A stretch of 64,000 bases of DNA from Nymphaea colorata (GCF_008831285.2 NC_045138.2:31992001-32056000), one strand, 5' to 3'. Positions 38,101-53,392 are shown, counted from the first letter of the stretch. The notes: generated by a model not told the origin, from the letters alone. Translations and numbers: made by a program.

Positions 38101-41100
38101 CCCAAAATCAACTATTCTAGCTAGACCATCCATCATAACGGATGTAATAGTTCTGCTCCTTTTCTACTTAAACTCCAAGAATCATGCCTAGTGTCTCTCC
38201 CGCTCTTTAGGTACCAGACGAAACCCATCTCTGTCTCTCTCTGGTAACTTTATGTGCATGTGGTTGCAGAAATGTACATTAGATGTGATCTTTCAGACTT
38301 AGAAAGCCTTTTCTTCTCCACTTCACTTGTTGGATGACTGACAGGTGTTTATATTTTTAATGGCCAGTGTTTGATGTATCTATACCATTATCCTGATATT
38401 TGGTATGATTATGCTACATGGCATGCAAGGAGTGGCTCAATGGATGCTGCAGTCAAAATCTTTCAGCGTGCTCTGAAGGCTTTACCTGGTACACTTCAAC
38501 TTTCTATGAATAATGAATTTTATAGTCTAAACTGAAAAAAAAGCACCTGAAGAATTATTAGGAAGTAAACAACTTAAATTTCGTTGTCTATTAGTTATCT
38601 CAAACACTACTTAAGGAAGGTACAATCTTTTGCATTACGCTTTAGAAAACGGGAGCTTCTGCATTAAGTTTACATACTTCCAAAAATATCATGAAACAAA
38701 GAATGTTGTTGTTCCCCATTGTTTTTTGTCATTTTGAAGAGGTTTAAAAGAAGTAACTCTGCTGACCGCTACCCATATGTTCTCTCTTGTGCTATCTTGC
38801 AGTGTAACCCTTGGGCACATTGTTATCAGCTTCACTTGTTACCTGTTTTTCAGTTGAATGCATGTATATGAGTCTATACTTGCGAATGCTACTGCAACTT
38901 TTATATCCTGCCTTTGAGTTTCACGTTCATAAGAAATCAACAACCTCTTCAATTTGTTTTTGACTTTTGCCTAGAATCTGAGGTACTATGTTATGCTTAT
39001 GCGGAACTTGAAGAGTCACATGGAGAAATTCAGGTAAATGTATCTTTTCTACTTACTTCTTTTTAGCACTTCAATTTTTTCTCAACAATTTTCTGCTGGC
39101 AGGCTGCTAAAAAGGTATATGAAAATCTTTTGGCCAACAGTGAAACAGCAACAGCATTGTCTCACATTCAGGTGAGTTTTGCGTGGGAGTGGTTCTCTTC
39201 TTTTAATAAGTCATTGTCATCACTGGTTGGTAACTCTAATTGCTTTTGTCAGTTTATTCGATTTCTGAGACGAACTGAAGGCATAGAAGCAGCCCGCAAG
39301 TACTTTGTGGATGCTCGTAAATCTCCAAACTGTACATATCATGTTTACGTTGCTTATGCAATTATGGCCTTTTGTCTTGACAAGGATCCAAAGGTACTTA
39401 ATCCTAATGAATGTCTCAGTGCTGATTTAAATTTATACTCATTTGGTTTTGATGCAGTAATGGTTCCATCAAAATGAATTATCAACTGATTGAATGATAT
39501 AAAATTTGTTGGCGCTGCTGAACATCTTCTTGTGCTTGTCATGCCAACTTAATACTTGTGAAAGTGGCATATGTCATATATATTTCTGTACACACACACA
39601 CACACACGTGTAGGTATGTATCTGTGGATGCATGTATGTATTATAATCACAGATATCGCTGAGATTTTCAATGTCATATATCTTGATCGCCACAACAAAG
39701 GACATGGTTTTTGAAAAATATTGTGAAATGTTCATTTATCACAAAAATGAATTTCTTGCCATAATAACACAATATTATTGCGAAAAAATTGTGAGTTATT
39801 TCTTAAAGAAAAAGGCTTCTGAAAAGCCCGTGTGTTCTTTATTTTTATAAGTGGCAAGGCTGTAAAGGAAGAACTTGGAAAGTTGACTTCTATAAAACTT
39901 GAAATTCTTAATAGTTTGAAAGTCGACAGTTTGAAATTTGAATCTTGTGTTAGAATTTAAATATTAGACATTATGTAAGTATACATATGTTTCATATATG
40001 ATTTGTATATATGAATATCTATGTATGCATAGGTGTTATGTATTTTATTTTATTTGCTTCCTTTTCGTTTTTATGTATTTTTTATTTCTTTTCTTTTTCT
40101 ATTTTTACCTTTTCCTTTTTTGTAAAAGGGAACTAGCTGTTGGACCAGCTTCCAACGGCTAGATTTCTAGCCGTTGGAGCTGGCCCAACAGCCAACTCCT
40201 CCTTCTTCTCTCCCTTTCATTGTACTATATATATGGGACTGTTGTCCCTTGTTTGGTAAAGGCTTTTAGGCCTCTCTTGTGTATTCTTCTCTTGAGATTA
40301 ATAGATTTGGTATCTTCTCCTCAAGTTTGAGGTTTGGTTGTGTATTACCTATTGAAGTTGTTGGGATCTTCAAGAGTGTATCTCTTGAAGCATTTGTATT
40401 CTCAAGATCAGGCCTGATTTACATGGTATCAGAGCAAGGTTTTGGCTCTTTGTGTTGCTGTCTTTCAAGCTTGGAAGATCCAATTATTACTCTTTCCTTG
40501 GAGCTGTGAAGCACTCCAAGTGTTCGATATATTGTTGGCTGAAATTTGACACAAGAAGGTGCTGTTATTTTGCTGGCCTCTTTTGGTGATATTTGTGACG
40601 GGATAAAGCTCCCTTGGTGGTGAAGATTGTGGCAGTCCTTGACGCGTCGAAAGCTTCATTTTTGTGTGGCTGTTTTTCATCCTAGCACTACCTCAACGTC
40701 TCTTTTACAAGGTACACATTATGGATGAAAGAACTTCCTCTACTCCTCTTCCCAAATTAACTTCATCAAATTATGTTTCTTGGGCAAAAACTATGGAACA
40801 TTTTATTAGAAGTAAAGGCCTATGGGGACTCGTTGATGGGTCAAAAAGTGAACCTCAATTAGTCCTCACCAAGACCATAGATGGTAAAGCTCAAGAACTA
40901 GATGGAGTTGAAAAAGACAAGGCTATGAATGAATATGAGAGAAAATGGGAAGAGTGGAAGATAGGACACCACAAGATTATCACTTGGATTATTGCTTGTG
41001 TTGATACTACAACCATGGGCCAAATAGCAAAACATAATTTTGCTCATGAAGCTTGGGAATTCCTCAAGAAAACCCACACTATGAAGGATGTGGCCTACAT

Positions 41101-44100
41101 GTGCAATCTTCAAATGAAGATTGCAAGTCTCCAATAAGGAGACAAGACCATTAAAGAATATGTTGGAGAAATGGAGCAATTATGGGACGAACTTGCTCTA
41201 TTTGAACCCGAATGGTATGATCCAAGAGACATTGGAGTTAGAGAAAAACAAATCCAAAGGGAGAAATTTTATAAATTTATTCTTGGTCTTAGATCGGAAT
41301 ATGATGGAGTCAAAACTTCCTTGCTCCATAGGCATAAAGTGCCATCTATGAACGAAGCCATAGCGGAACTTCAAATGGAGGAGAATAGACTCAATTTTTC
41401 AAAAGACAAGAGTGAAAGTGTTCTTGCTACCTCAAGACCCGGTGCTCATATGAGAACTTATAGGCCTCCTCACTTTAATCGAAACTATGAGCATAGCAAT
41501 AATGGCAACAAGAAGATTATATGTTTCCATTGTCAAGAAGGACATACCAAACTTAGATGTCCTAAATTGAGGAGATTTGATAAAAAGACAAGTGTGGCTG
41601 GGACAATGTATGAAGAAAACAATCGATTTGACCTAGACAAACTTGTAAGTGCCCTCCAACCAAAGCTTATTGATGCTCTTCAACCGCTTTTCAAAGGAGG
41701 AGGGACTTCTCCAATCTCCGGAGCAACCGTGGCATCTACATCATCAAGTAAGTACTCTTGGATTCTTGATTCCGGAGCTTCATTTCATATGACCCCTTGT
41801 AATTCTTTGCTTACCGAATGCACTAAGGAAGAATCGTGTCCATTTGTTAAAACCGCCGATGGAACTCCTCTTGAAATCAAATGTGTTGGGAATATTGATC
41901 AAAATTTTAATTCAAAAGTTTTTAAAATACCAAAAGTTAGATTTATTCCCAAACTTAACTTAAATCTCTTGTCGGTTTCTCAAATAACAAATCATGGATG
42001 CGATATTGTCTTCTCACAAAATAAATTTTTGATACAGGACCATCTTTCCAAGAAGACGATTGGGGAAGGTTCTAGGAAAAATGATCTCTACTATGTTGAC
42101 TATTTGGATCTTTCCAACCCTACTTGCAATATAGTCAAGAAGAGTGACATTCAAGTTTGGCGTCAAAGACTTGGGCATTCAAGTTTAGGAAAAATGTCTT
42201 GTATCCCTTTTTTGGAAGAGAAATGTAAAGAAATGATCTCTTGTGATGATTGTATTAAAGCCAAAATTAAGGCTTTACCTTTTGGAAATAGAAATTTTGT
42301 TGCAAAAGCACCTTTTGAATTAGTGCATTCGGATGTATGGGGTCCCGCTCCTATTATGTCTAAAGGTGGTTTGCTTTATTATGTCATTTTTGTGGATGAT
42401 TACTCTCGATATGCTTGGGTTTACTTTCTTAAACGCAAATCCGAAGTCCTTATGAATTTTAAAAACTTTTACAACATGATCAAAACTCAATTTGATGCAA
42501 ACCTTAAAATTTTTAGAAGTGATTCCGGGGGAGAATTCATTTCCAATGAATTTGAAGAATTCCTAAAAGAAAAGAGAGTTATACACCAAAAGTCTTGTCC
42601 CAAAACCCCCCAACAAAATGGAGTCGCCGAAAGAAAACATAGACATATTCTTGAAACAACAAGAGCTCTTCTTATATCAAAAAATGTTCCAAAAAATTTT
42701 TGGGCTGAAGCAATTTTAACATCCATTTACTTGATTAATAGAATGCCCTCTAAAGTTTTAGAAAATATTTCACCTTTTCAAAAACTTTTTAACTTGGAGC
42801 CAACTTATAAAAGATTCAAAGTCTTTGGTTGCAAATGTTTCATTTTAAATGACAAAAATGATAAACTTTCATCTAGGGCTATTCAATGTGTCTTTATTGG
42901 CTATTCCGAAACTCAAAAAGGGTATAGATGCTATGATATTGAAAAAGATAAGGTGTATGTTTCAAGAAATGTGATATTTTTAGAAGAAGAAAATGGCTTT
43001 AATGAAAATAAACCCAAGCATGAAGATGACTATTCTTTTTTATGGATAAATGATGATGATGTTGATAATGATGATGATGTTTTGCCTTCTTCACATAATG
43101 ATGCTCAAAATGAGGTTGAGAATACTCCTTTTGATAGATCTTCACCAAGAAGCGATGGATCACCAAGAGAAGTTATAGTTTATAAGAGAAGGTCTCAACA
43201 AAACATCCAAGAGTCTCAACCTACTCTTAGAAGATCTCAAAGAGATTCTCATCCACCTCAAAAATTTGTTTCCTATGACTCTTTTTCCCCAAAACATAGA
43301 GCTTGCTTATTAGCTATTCACTCTCATGTTGAACCTTCATCCTATCTTGAAGCCAAAACTAACCCACATTGGATTGAAGCAATGAACAATGAACTTAGAG
43401 CCCTTGAAGACAATAAAACTTGGGACATTGTGTCTCTTCCTATAGGGAAAAGGACAATAGGATGTAGGTGGGTTTACAAAGTCAAGACTAGAAGTGATGG
43501 ATCACTTGAAAGGTATAAAGCTAGACTTGTTGCCAAAGGATATGCCCAAGAATATGGGATTGATTACGAAGAAACCTTCGCCCCTGTTGCTCGTATGACC
43601 TCTGTTAGAGCTCTTATTGCCATTGCCTCCATTAAACAATGGTCTATATATCAATTGGATGTCAAAAATGCTTTTTTGAATGGATACTTAAATGAAGAGG
43701 TATACATGGATTCACCCCCTGGGCTTGATTTACCTCAAGGAAAAGTTCTTTATCTTAGAAAGGCATTATATGGCTTGAAACAAGCTCCAAAAGCTTGGTT
43801 TGACATGTTTAGCAATGTTATGTTCAAACAAGGTTTTAAATCATGCTATTCTGACACTGCTATGTTTGTTAAAAATACTGCTATAGGTATAATTGTGTTA
43901 CTTTTATATGTAGATGATGCCAACAGAATTATGCAGGTAAAAGACTTTCTAAAGAATGAATTTGAAATGACTGATTTGGGTAAAACTAAAATATTTTCTT
44001 GGTATTGAAGTAGCTTATAGTAGAAGAGGATACTTACTCTCACAAATGAAGTTTGCCAATGACATTATAAGCAGATCAGGTATCACTGATGACAAGGTGG

Positions 44101-45663
44101 TAGACACTCCTGAACCCTTAGGAGTAAAGATGAAGATTGATGATGGAGAAATTCTAGAAAATCCCACTCCATTTCGTCAATTGGTTGGAGCTCTCACATA
44201 TCTATCCATTACAAGGCCTGACATATCACATGCGGTACATGTCATAAGTCAGTTTCAACAAAGACCCACTTCTGTACACATGGGAGCCGCATTGAGGATT
44301 GTTCGATATGTCAAACACACAATCACTAAAGGATTTTTTCTATCATCCTCATCAAACTTGAATATGATTGCCTATACTGATGCTGATTGGGGTGGAGATC
44401 CTAATAACAGGCATTCCACCACCGGTTTTTGTGTTTTTCTAGGTGACTCTCTTATTTCGTGGAGGTGCAAAAAACAAAATAAAGTCTCTCTATCATCAAC
44501 TGAAGCAGAATATCGTGCCATGGCCACCACCACCATGGAGATTGTATGGTTAAAAAGCTTATTGAAGGACATTGGAATTGACTTAAATGAAGCAACCAAG
44601 CTCTGCTGCGACAATAAAAGTGCCATCTACATTGCTAGCAATCATACTTTTCATGAAAGGACGAAGCATATTGAAATGGATTGTCACTATGTGAGAGAAG
44701 AATATCTTAGCCGAACAATCGATATATCCTTTGTCCCTTCCGAATATCAACTTGGAGATTTCTTCACCAAAGCACTTGCTTCAGCACGTTTTCAGTTTCT
44801 TCTTGGCAAACTTTCGGTGATCACACCGTAAGTTTGAGGGGGGGTGTTAGAATTTAAATATTAGACATTATGTAAGTATACATATGTTTCATATATGATT
44901 TGTATATATGAATATCTATGTATGCATAGGTGTTATGTATTTTATTTTATTTGCTTCCTTTTCGTTTTTATGTATTTTTTATTTCTTTTCTTTTTCTATT
45001 TTTACCTTTTCCTTTTTTGTAAAAGGGAACTAGCTGTTGGACCAGCTTCCAACGGCTAGATTTCTAGCCGTTGGAGCTGGCCCAACAGCCAACTCCTCCT
45101 TCTTCTCTCCCTTTCATTGTACTATATATATGGGACTGTTGTCCCTTGTTTGGTAAAGGCTTTTAGGCCTCTCTTGTGTATTCTTCTCTTGAGATTAATA
45201 GATTTGGTATCTTCTCCTCAAGTTTGAGGTTTGGTTGTGTATTACCTATTGAAGTTGTTGGGATCTTCAAGAGTGTATCTCTTGAAGCATTTGTATTCTC
45301 AAGATCAGGCCTGATTTACATCTTGTTGATGCATTGTTACATTTTTGATGCAGTGGTTTGTTGATAAGTTGGAATGGAACTATGGCTTATGAGTTGCGTG
45401 GCTAATTTATTTTTCTCATGTCTAGTTCTGGTCGTCTACTTATTACATACTACTTGTTAGTTAGTTATTCACTTTGTTCTTTGTTATATATTGCTGTTTT
45501 TGTTATTTTGCCTGCTTAATTAGCAAATTCTAACTTATATAGCCTTTTACTGTATACTTTTTTGTGTCTTCTTTTAGCTTTTCATTTATCGTTCTTACAT
45601 ATTTTTTTTATTTTTTAAAAAATTTACGAGATTTTCCCAATTAAAGCAATATCTGTGTATGTG

Positions 45664-45709
<46 letters not shown>

Positions 45710-48700
45710 CTATAGATAGATAGATATAGGTATATATATATAAAGGTACAAATTTAAATGCAAAGCATTTGAGTAAAGCATAAAGTATAGTAACAATCAA
45801 TTATCTACAGCTGCACCTGCCACCAGTGCATACTTTACTCAGGTGGAGCAGCTAACAGCACCCAGTAATATATGGTGCAGCAGATTTTAGTGTATCTTTG
45901 GGATGAAAAACACTCAGCCTCATGTTTGAAACGCACCCTGATGGTTGAGATGGAGCATCTCAAAGTGCATTCTGTGACATTTCTTCCACCCATTCAAATA
46001 TGTCCTTAGTATATTTACAGATCACATTATACATTGAATTAATTACATTAAGTGTACCTAGTAAATATATTTTTCCTCTTATTTTTTTGTGTCTAAATGT
46101 GGTCTAAATGCTAAGCTGCTTCTTCTCAAATAGGATTTCCCAGTGAAACTATATTTTCTAAAACAAAGATCTGTGATCTCCAATCATTAGGATCCGTGTA
46201 ATTATTCCAGTATGTCTTGTTGTTTATCTAAAATTTTCTCTCCATTGTATTCTTTTTTCTTCATTCCTTGTGTTATTCCTCATAGATATTACAGCATCTT
46301 TTTCTCCATGGGTGCATGCATTACTGACTATTTCCTCTTGCAGGTTGCACAAAATGTATTTGAAGCTGGGTTAAAGAGATTTATGCATGAGCCAGGATAC
46401 ATTCTCGAGTAATGTTCTTGCTTGCAGTTTTTCCACCATGTTATGTAGGCAGACATTAAATTAATTTCTTATCTGGTATAAGTGAAGTGCTTAATGTTTT
46501 GTAGACTAAAAATATTATATTATTTTGTGTCTTCTGCTCTGCCTGGTTATGAAAATCTGAACTATACAGGTATGCAGATTTCTTGTGCCGCTTAAATGAT
46601 GATAGAAATGTTCGTGCTTTATTTGAACGAGCCTTGAGTTTGCTTCCTCCAGAAGAGTCTGTTGAGGTACTTTTCAAGTTTGCTTAAGATTTGTTATATA
46701 TGACTTTGACTTTTAGTGTGGCTTATAGACTATAGTTCAAGCTGATAATTAATTAACTAATTGCAAAAGGTTTACTATTTTTATCTGATTAGATATTTTG
46801 GAAATTAGTTAATATGGATAATAATACTGTCATTTTTAGTTGCTTGTGCAAGGCCACATTCTGATGCATAAATATGTGAATCAAAGGACATTGTTAGCTC
46901 ATTTAACTATATGCTATAAGAACAAGTGTTTGCAAATACATCTGATTTTTCTTTCATTATCATTGTCATCATCATCTATCCCATAGATTTGGTGCTTATG
47001 ATACTGGTGTCTATGGGGTTCAGCGGTCAGCTATAAGAAGCTGCAAAGAAAACATAATGTGTGTTCATTATCTTAGAGCCTGAGATATTGTGATATTTCA
47101 AACTTTGATCCTTGAAAGCATAAATGAAAAATCATCTTTTGGTTGCAATATTTGTGTTGCTGATGGCAGGAGAATTTTTTTTTTTACAGTGTTTTAGATG
47201 TAGTTCAATTTTAATGTATTTTACTTTTTTTTTTTTGGTTTGCTGATAAATATCTATTAAAGGAAAATACTTCTTTTTACGAGAATGCTACTATAGCCAT
47301 TTTCCCATCGAAAAGTTTGTAACTGATTTTCATCCAAGTGAGAACATGTTTATGCATAGCAGGTGAATTTGCTCGCTCCTGTACAGGTACTTGGATTTAT
47401 CTGTGGTTGTTTTTTTTAATATAGAGGCAGGATTTCTTCTGATTGAAATTTTAGGCTTATAGATAAATATGTGATGGTTGGAGGGTTGTAAGTTGGGGGT
47501 GGATAATGGAAATGACTCGAGCAACTTTTTCTATATATTACAATGCTGCATGGAGAAATTAAAATGTGTTTATGGGTCGAGTACATAAATGTTGAGTTCA
47601 TTGTAGTCTAGTTGACACACGCAACAAAATAGTTTCCATTCTAGTAAAGCCCAAGATCACAAGTCTATCTCATATTTATGTCCAAGATCTTGGAAAAAAA
47701 CAATCGTCAAATTTGATACTATTTTTGTTATATTAGCATGCGTAGTGAGGATGTGATCTTATTCCAGGCTTTCATAGCTTTTGAAATGTGCATCTTTGAA
47801 CAAACCACTTTGACTTGCCCCTTCTTGAGTCATTCTAGTGAGAGAGACTCCTGGGATGTGCTTTACACTGCTTATCAGTTGCTTCCAATGATGAAAACAA
47901 TGACTAGTTAGTTATTTGTCCACATAAAGGTGATAAGTTGCTTGTATTTAGTGACTGATCTCCCAGACAACTTTCCCTTCTGCTCATCTTATCGCAGATA
48001 AAGTGTTGCATATGCTCTATCACGCAGTGTCATCTTTTATCCTTTCTTGAAGGAACCTTTAGGAATGGTGCATCACTGTGCACTGTTTCCCCCTGATTTG
48101 TTCTGCAATCCAATCAGATTCTTTTGATGAAACTTTTCATTTTAGAAATTTATTTATTAATATTTCTCAATTTGCATAAAAAGATTCTTAAAGACTAGAA
48201 AAAAGATAATTTTCATGGTAACATGTCCACGAGTATCATGACAATTGTCACAACTTTATTTATTTTACTGATCCTATGCATGTGATGATATATTAGCTTC
48301 CAGGTCTAGTTCTGGATGATAGTCACAAATATTGGAGATTTTTAAAGTATCATTTTTATTGCCAAAACAACATCGAGCATTTTTAAATTTTAACAGGAAA
48401 CATTGTGATGTTTTCAAGATATTGCCAAAAGTTATAACTTATGATATTTTCCCCTTTTTATAAAAATTTCTTTTTTATTGTACTTTAAGTCGCCCAGTCT
48501 CTTCAAAACACTCATCGCACCCGAGTTGGGGTGCTGGTATGTGTGCAGGAACCAACACTCCCACATGTGTGACGTAGGTCTATGTTCCATTTCTCTTTAT
48601 ATCATACTTTTTCCTGTTACTTGTTTTATATATAGTTATATATAGTACTCTCAACATTTTCTTGGAAAAGAGTCAATGACTTCATAAAAATATATAATAG

Positions 48701-51700
48701 CAGAGAGAAACCTCACTGATAAAAACCAGAAAAACATGTACATGACTATATTTTGCACTAATATGAATTTTTTGTCATACTCATATCCATAGCAATGGCT
48801 TGAAAAATTTTGGTGAATTTTATATATAAATAATATGTATATCCATTTGTAACTGAGAACTATCTTGAAGTAGTTCACATGTTTGCTGCTGTCATGGCCA
48901 GGTATGGAAACGTTTTGCCCAGTTTGAGCAAACATATGGTGACCTTGGAAGCATGTTACAAGTACGATTCTTTCTTTCCTACTTTGTTTTTTTGTGCATG
49001 TATTTTTTTTTCTAGATTTTAGTATCTGTTGGATTCAGAGGTCTGAATCATTGCCCACTGCAGAACGTCGGGTAATCAGAAATTTTATATTTTGCAAGCC
49101 TGAAGACTTTTGTTCGCTAATTCTGAAAGTTCACGAAATGGATGGATACCTTTTTTTTTTTTTCAAACTTCAGAATTTATTATATGTATTTTGGTATACC
49201 TACAATAGGTTATGCAAAAAGGTCTCAGTAACATCTTTCGTGGTACTGCTTTCTAGTTAGTATCTTTGTCACGAAAGGCCCATGTGTGGAATTATTCGCT
49301 GGTGGAATTATTCCATTTGAGCTTGGAGCAATTCAGTCCAATGCTTGACCTTGCTCCTTTTCTTTCTTTATTTATTTTTTCCCCAACAATTTCCTTTTCT
49401 AACCGTTTTCCATGCATTACCATTTTAATACTTTGAACCTTTTGTCTATGGACATCTTTTTTTAATAAACCTTTTTCTTTCTCTCACAATCGTTTGAACA
49501 TCTGGAGATTCATCAGAGAACATGTCTTGATGTTTCTGTTGATTTTGATTTTCATTTGTTTTCATTTTTATTACAGAAGCCTTCTCCTAGCGCCCAGTGT
49601 TTTTAGTCAAAGCAAAACCCAGACATGTTCATTTTATTTTTTCTGAAACACTTTTGGTAAAGGGTGCTTGTGTCTCACTCAAATAAGTGAAGCTTTAAAC
49701 TCCATAAGGAGGGTAAAGTTTTTGTACAATCAAAATTTTGCCTGAAGAACTTTTCCCAATAGTGAAACAGGCCCTTAGCGCATATGTTCTTGTTGAGTTG
49801 GTAGACCACACATATTCACGTTCTGATTGTTCATGCTTCTGGCCAAATCTAAGTTGCACATGGTTAACGGCAGTCTCCTTTCTGCATGTTTTGTATAACC
49901 TTTTTCTCTTTTCTTCTTCTGGTTAATTGCTTACTTTAAATTTCAAGAATCTCTTGTTTAATCTTTCCCTTTCTAGTGGCTTAGAATTTTGGATGCAATT
50001 TGATTGAATTGTGAATCTGATTGGCCCAATGTGCAAATGTGCTTTGAATTCATTAAGGCATTCAACCTGGTTGCTTATGCAGCTTCCAACACCCAGTCTT
50101 TCTTACCTCTGGTTTTTATGAAAAATTTTATGCATTTAGAGTTGTAGCAATTTTTCAGGTAGAGCAAAGAAGGAAGGAAGCTCTTTCTAGCAGAGGAGAA
50201 GAGAGCTCATCATCTCTGGAGTCCTCTCTTTATGATGTCGTGTCCCGCTATAGTTTTATGGACCTTTGGCCTTGCTCATCCAGGGATTTGGATCATTTGG
50301 CTCGTATCGAAGTAATGTCTTTTTACCTCTATTATTGATTTAACATTCAGACATTTGAATTGCTTTGTTCCTAGTGGGAAGTGACTAACCTTGGGTCAAA
50401 TTTATCATGTCCTTGCTAACAAGAGAATCTGAAGCTCAGAGTAAAGTTTTAAAAGCAGTGTCTTGTGGGCTGCAAATGCTATGTACTGCTGTTTGCTTTT
50501 GTTATGGCCTCATTCATTATTTTGTTTTTGTTCTAGGTTCTCTCATCATTAGAATCAGGTGACACTTTTTTCACTTTTCATCACAATAAGCTGTCATTTC
50601 ATGAAGTTCCAGTTTTCCACTAGTAATTATCCTTCAACTTCATGACATAGTCTGCCCTTTGGAAAAGGGAGGGGGATGGGTGGGTGGGGGGAGATGGCTA
50701 GTTGATAATAGATGATGAAATTGCTAAAAATTGTTTTTTGTCAACAAGCGTTACTTTTGTTGACTATGGTATCTTCTGTGTCAGAAAATGAAATAAAAGT
50801 GTGAGCTATTTATTAGTGATATGCAGGCATGCAATGTCCATGCACTTATCTGGACAAAGTGATGATTCATGATCACTTAAAAAGGCTGCTGAAAAAGCCA
50901 TCATCAAAGCAGTATTTATCGGCCGTGAATCGTGCCAATCTGGAAACTGTCAAATCCATTTGATAGAATTGTTGTTGAATTGGCAATTCAACTGAGAGTC
51001 TGAGAAGGCTATAAACTGATGAATCTCGTTAGTTTGATGGAAGTCCTCACCGAATTCAGGAACAAATGAGGGGATAATCTTACCCCTGAATTTTATATAG
51101 GTATAAGTGGAAGTGACTGCATTATTAAATTGACTACACATATGACGTCATCTACTGGTCAAGTGACAATCTTTCATCTCATTTCACTGATTAGCAGCTC
51201 ATGATTAGCTGTTAGCCCTGAAAATAACTAGAATGCAGGGCTTGGCTTGTCTGGTTCTTCAATGATTTTCTTTTTGTTTGCATGATAGGGTCCCATAAAT
51301 TAGTTGTCTCCTTATAACAGTGGTGGATATCATATTCTTCTACTTTGGTCCAATGCACTCCAGAATTGGGGCTTGAACTTCTTTATGTTAGTCATTCTCT
51401 GACATTTTGCTATCCAGCAAGCTGAATTTACTTAGCTTCTTTAATAAAAGCATTGAAAAACAGTCTCCAACTCTCCATCTTATTTGTTATGGGTTTTTGA
51501 TATCACAGTGGCTCGCTAAAAATATTAACAGGAAAGGTGACAAAACAACACTACCTTATGAGACTGGTTCTTCAGGTACATGTTAAAATCTGCTTGACGA
51601 GGTGCTGATGGTCGATCTGATTGATAATTTTTTGTTTCTGTCATTTTATTGTTCAGAGAAGAATTTGGCTTTGCAGGCACCAAATTCTAAAACTGGTCTG

Positions 51701-53346
51701 GCATCTACGAAAGTAATTTATCCAGATGTATCAAAGATGGTCATTTATGATCCAAGACAAAAACCTGGTATGGACATATTGTCAATTTGATGTTGTTTAT
51801 GTGAATCAATGCAGCATAGTGAGTGTTTGTACATCCTTGCTCATTCTTGTTTGCGGTCAACAACATTTTAATCTATTTGCTGAAAAGTTATATTCTGCTG
51901 CATAATCCGTAACACTAATGTGAAATTATCTCTTTCACAATGTTAATACATTGTGCTACTCTGGAAAACACGAAAAGAATGCGAAAAAGCATGTTTTTTT
52001 CATTTTATCCTTTTTTCCAAGAAGACTCATCTTCCCCTATGTCACCGGTGCGCGGGGTGCGGATGCGGGTGCCGGTGCGATACATATCAAAAAATTGCGG
52101 TGCGGCAGTGCGGCGAGGGTATTTGTTATTTTATTAATTTATTATTATAATATATTAATAATATCAAATTTGATAAAAATAACTTAAAAAAAAAACTGAA
52201 ATCAATACCGAGAGGTGCTGATGGGATTGGATGCATTCGAACACCTCACCGATGGGAGTCTAACGTTTGCCCTAGATCGACTGATCGTGCATTCGGATCA
52301 ACAATCTCCATTGCCATTGCTTGACCATCCTTATTTGTACGTGGCGGGGAGAACCGGAGAGGAAATGGGCAGGAGCGAGCATGAATCAATGATCAGGAGT
52401 GATGTTATCAAGCTCTGCTTCTGCATTTGCCGATTAGGGAGTATCTGATAACTCGCCAGAATCCGACAACCGGAGGACAACCGGCGATCATTTTTTGGAG
52501 CATAGGTGAAGGCTCGGTGAAATTTTTCAACTGCCGTTGGTTACTGAGAAGGGTGCGGGTTGGGTACAAATTTCCTCGGTCGGCTTGTTTTTAACATTTT
52601 CGATGTGTTTCTTTTTTGGAAAAATATGTGTTTTTTGTGACTATGGCAATCGTAAATCAAGCTACATATTCCTTATATTTAACTGCCCACTTTATCCAAT
52701 TACTTATATATAATGAAAAGGCCATATATATATGTATATATATACTTCCCTTGTTCCCACCTACATATATAGGATATTTTAAGAAGTGAACCTTTTTCTT
52801 AGTAGCAGGATCTAGAGAAAGGATGGGAAAGACGATTTCACTATATTTTTGACCAGGAACAGGGCCCACCCCACCACAAGAATGTTTTTCTTATTAGGAC
52901 GATAACTCTGAAAAGACAGATTACTTATCTTTTCTTTCATCTCGGGAGAAATACGATTTGGGGGAGCTAATTCAAATCCTTCGGGTAAAATGAGAACAGC
53001 CCCTACATTCAAACCTCCCTTTTTACCATTAGCAAGAATCTGTTTCAGTTGCATATCGTAGGGGATTCTAACAACTGCCTCAAATACAATATCAGGAAGC
53101 ACAGCTTGTGGAACCTCAATATCCACGGGCTTGTTACCCAAGTGGCAATTAGTGCATGAAATACGCCCAGTTGCTTCTCTCGGATTTTCATAACTCTGCT
53201 GCACAAACATGGGTTATGCATTTGAAATAGATGCCTGAGTCATTACATATATCATCATCGATACAGAAATGCATCGAGTCATCTGTTCCTTTACCCAAGA
53301 AAAAGTATTTCTATTTTTTTGCAAGGTCTAATCATTGATCCCGGAA

Positions 53347-53392
<46 letters not shown>

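Noticed and set aside
52812..53210. petA ORF as a functional gene transfer
   Set aside because: Lost start codon, in-frame stop, frameshift, and missing C-terminal half including the membrane anchor.
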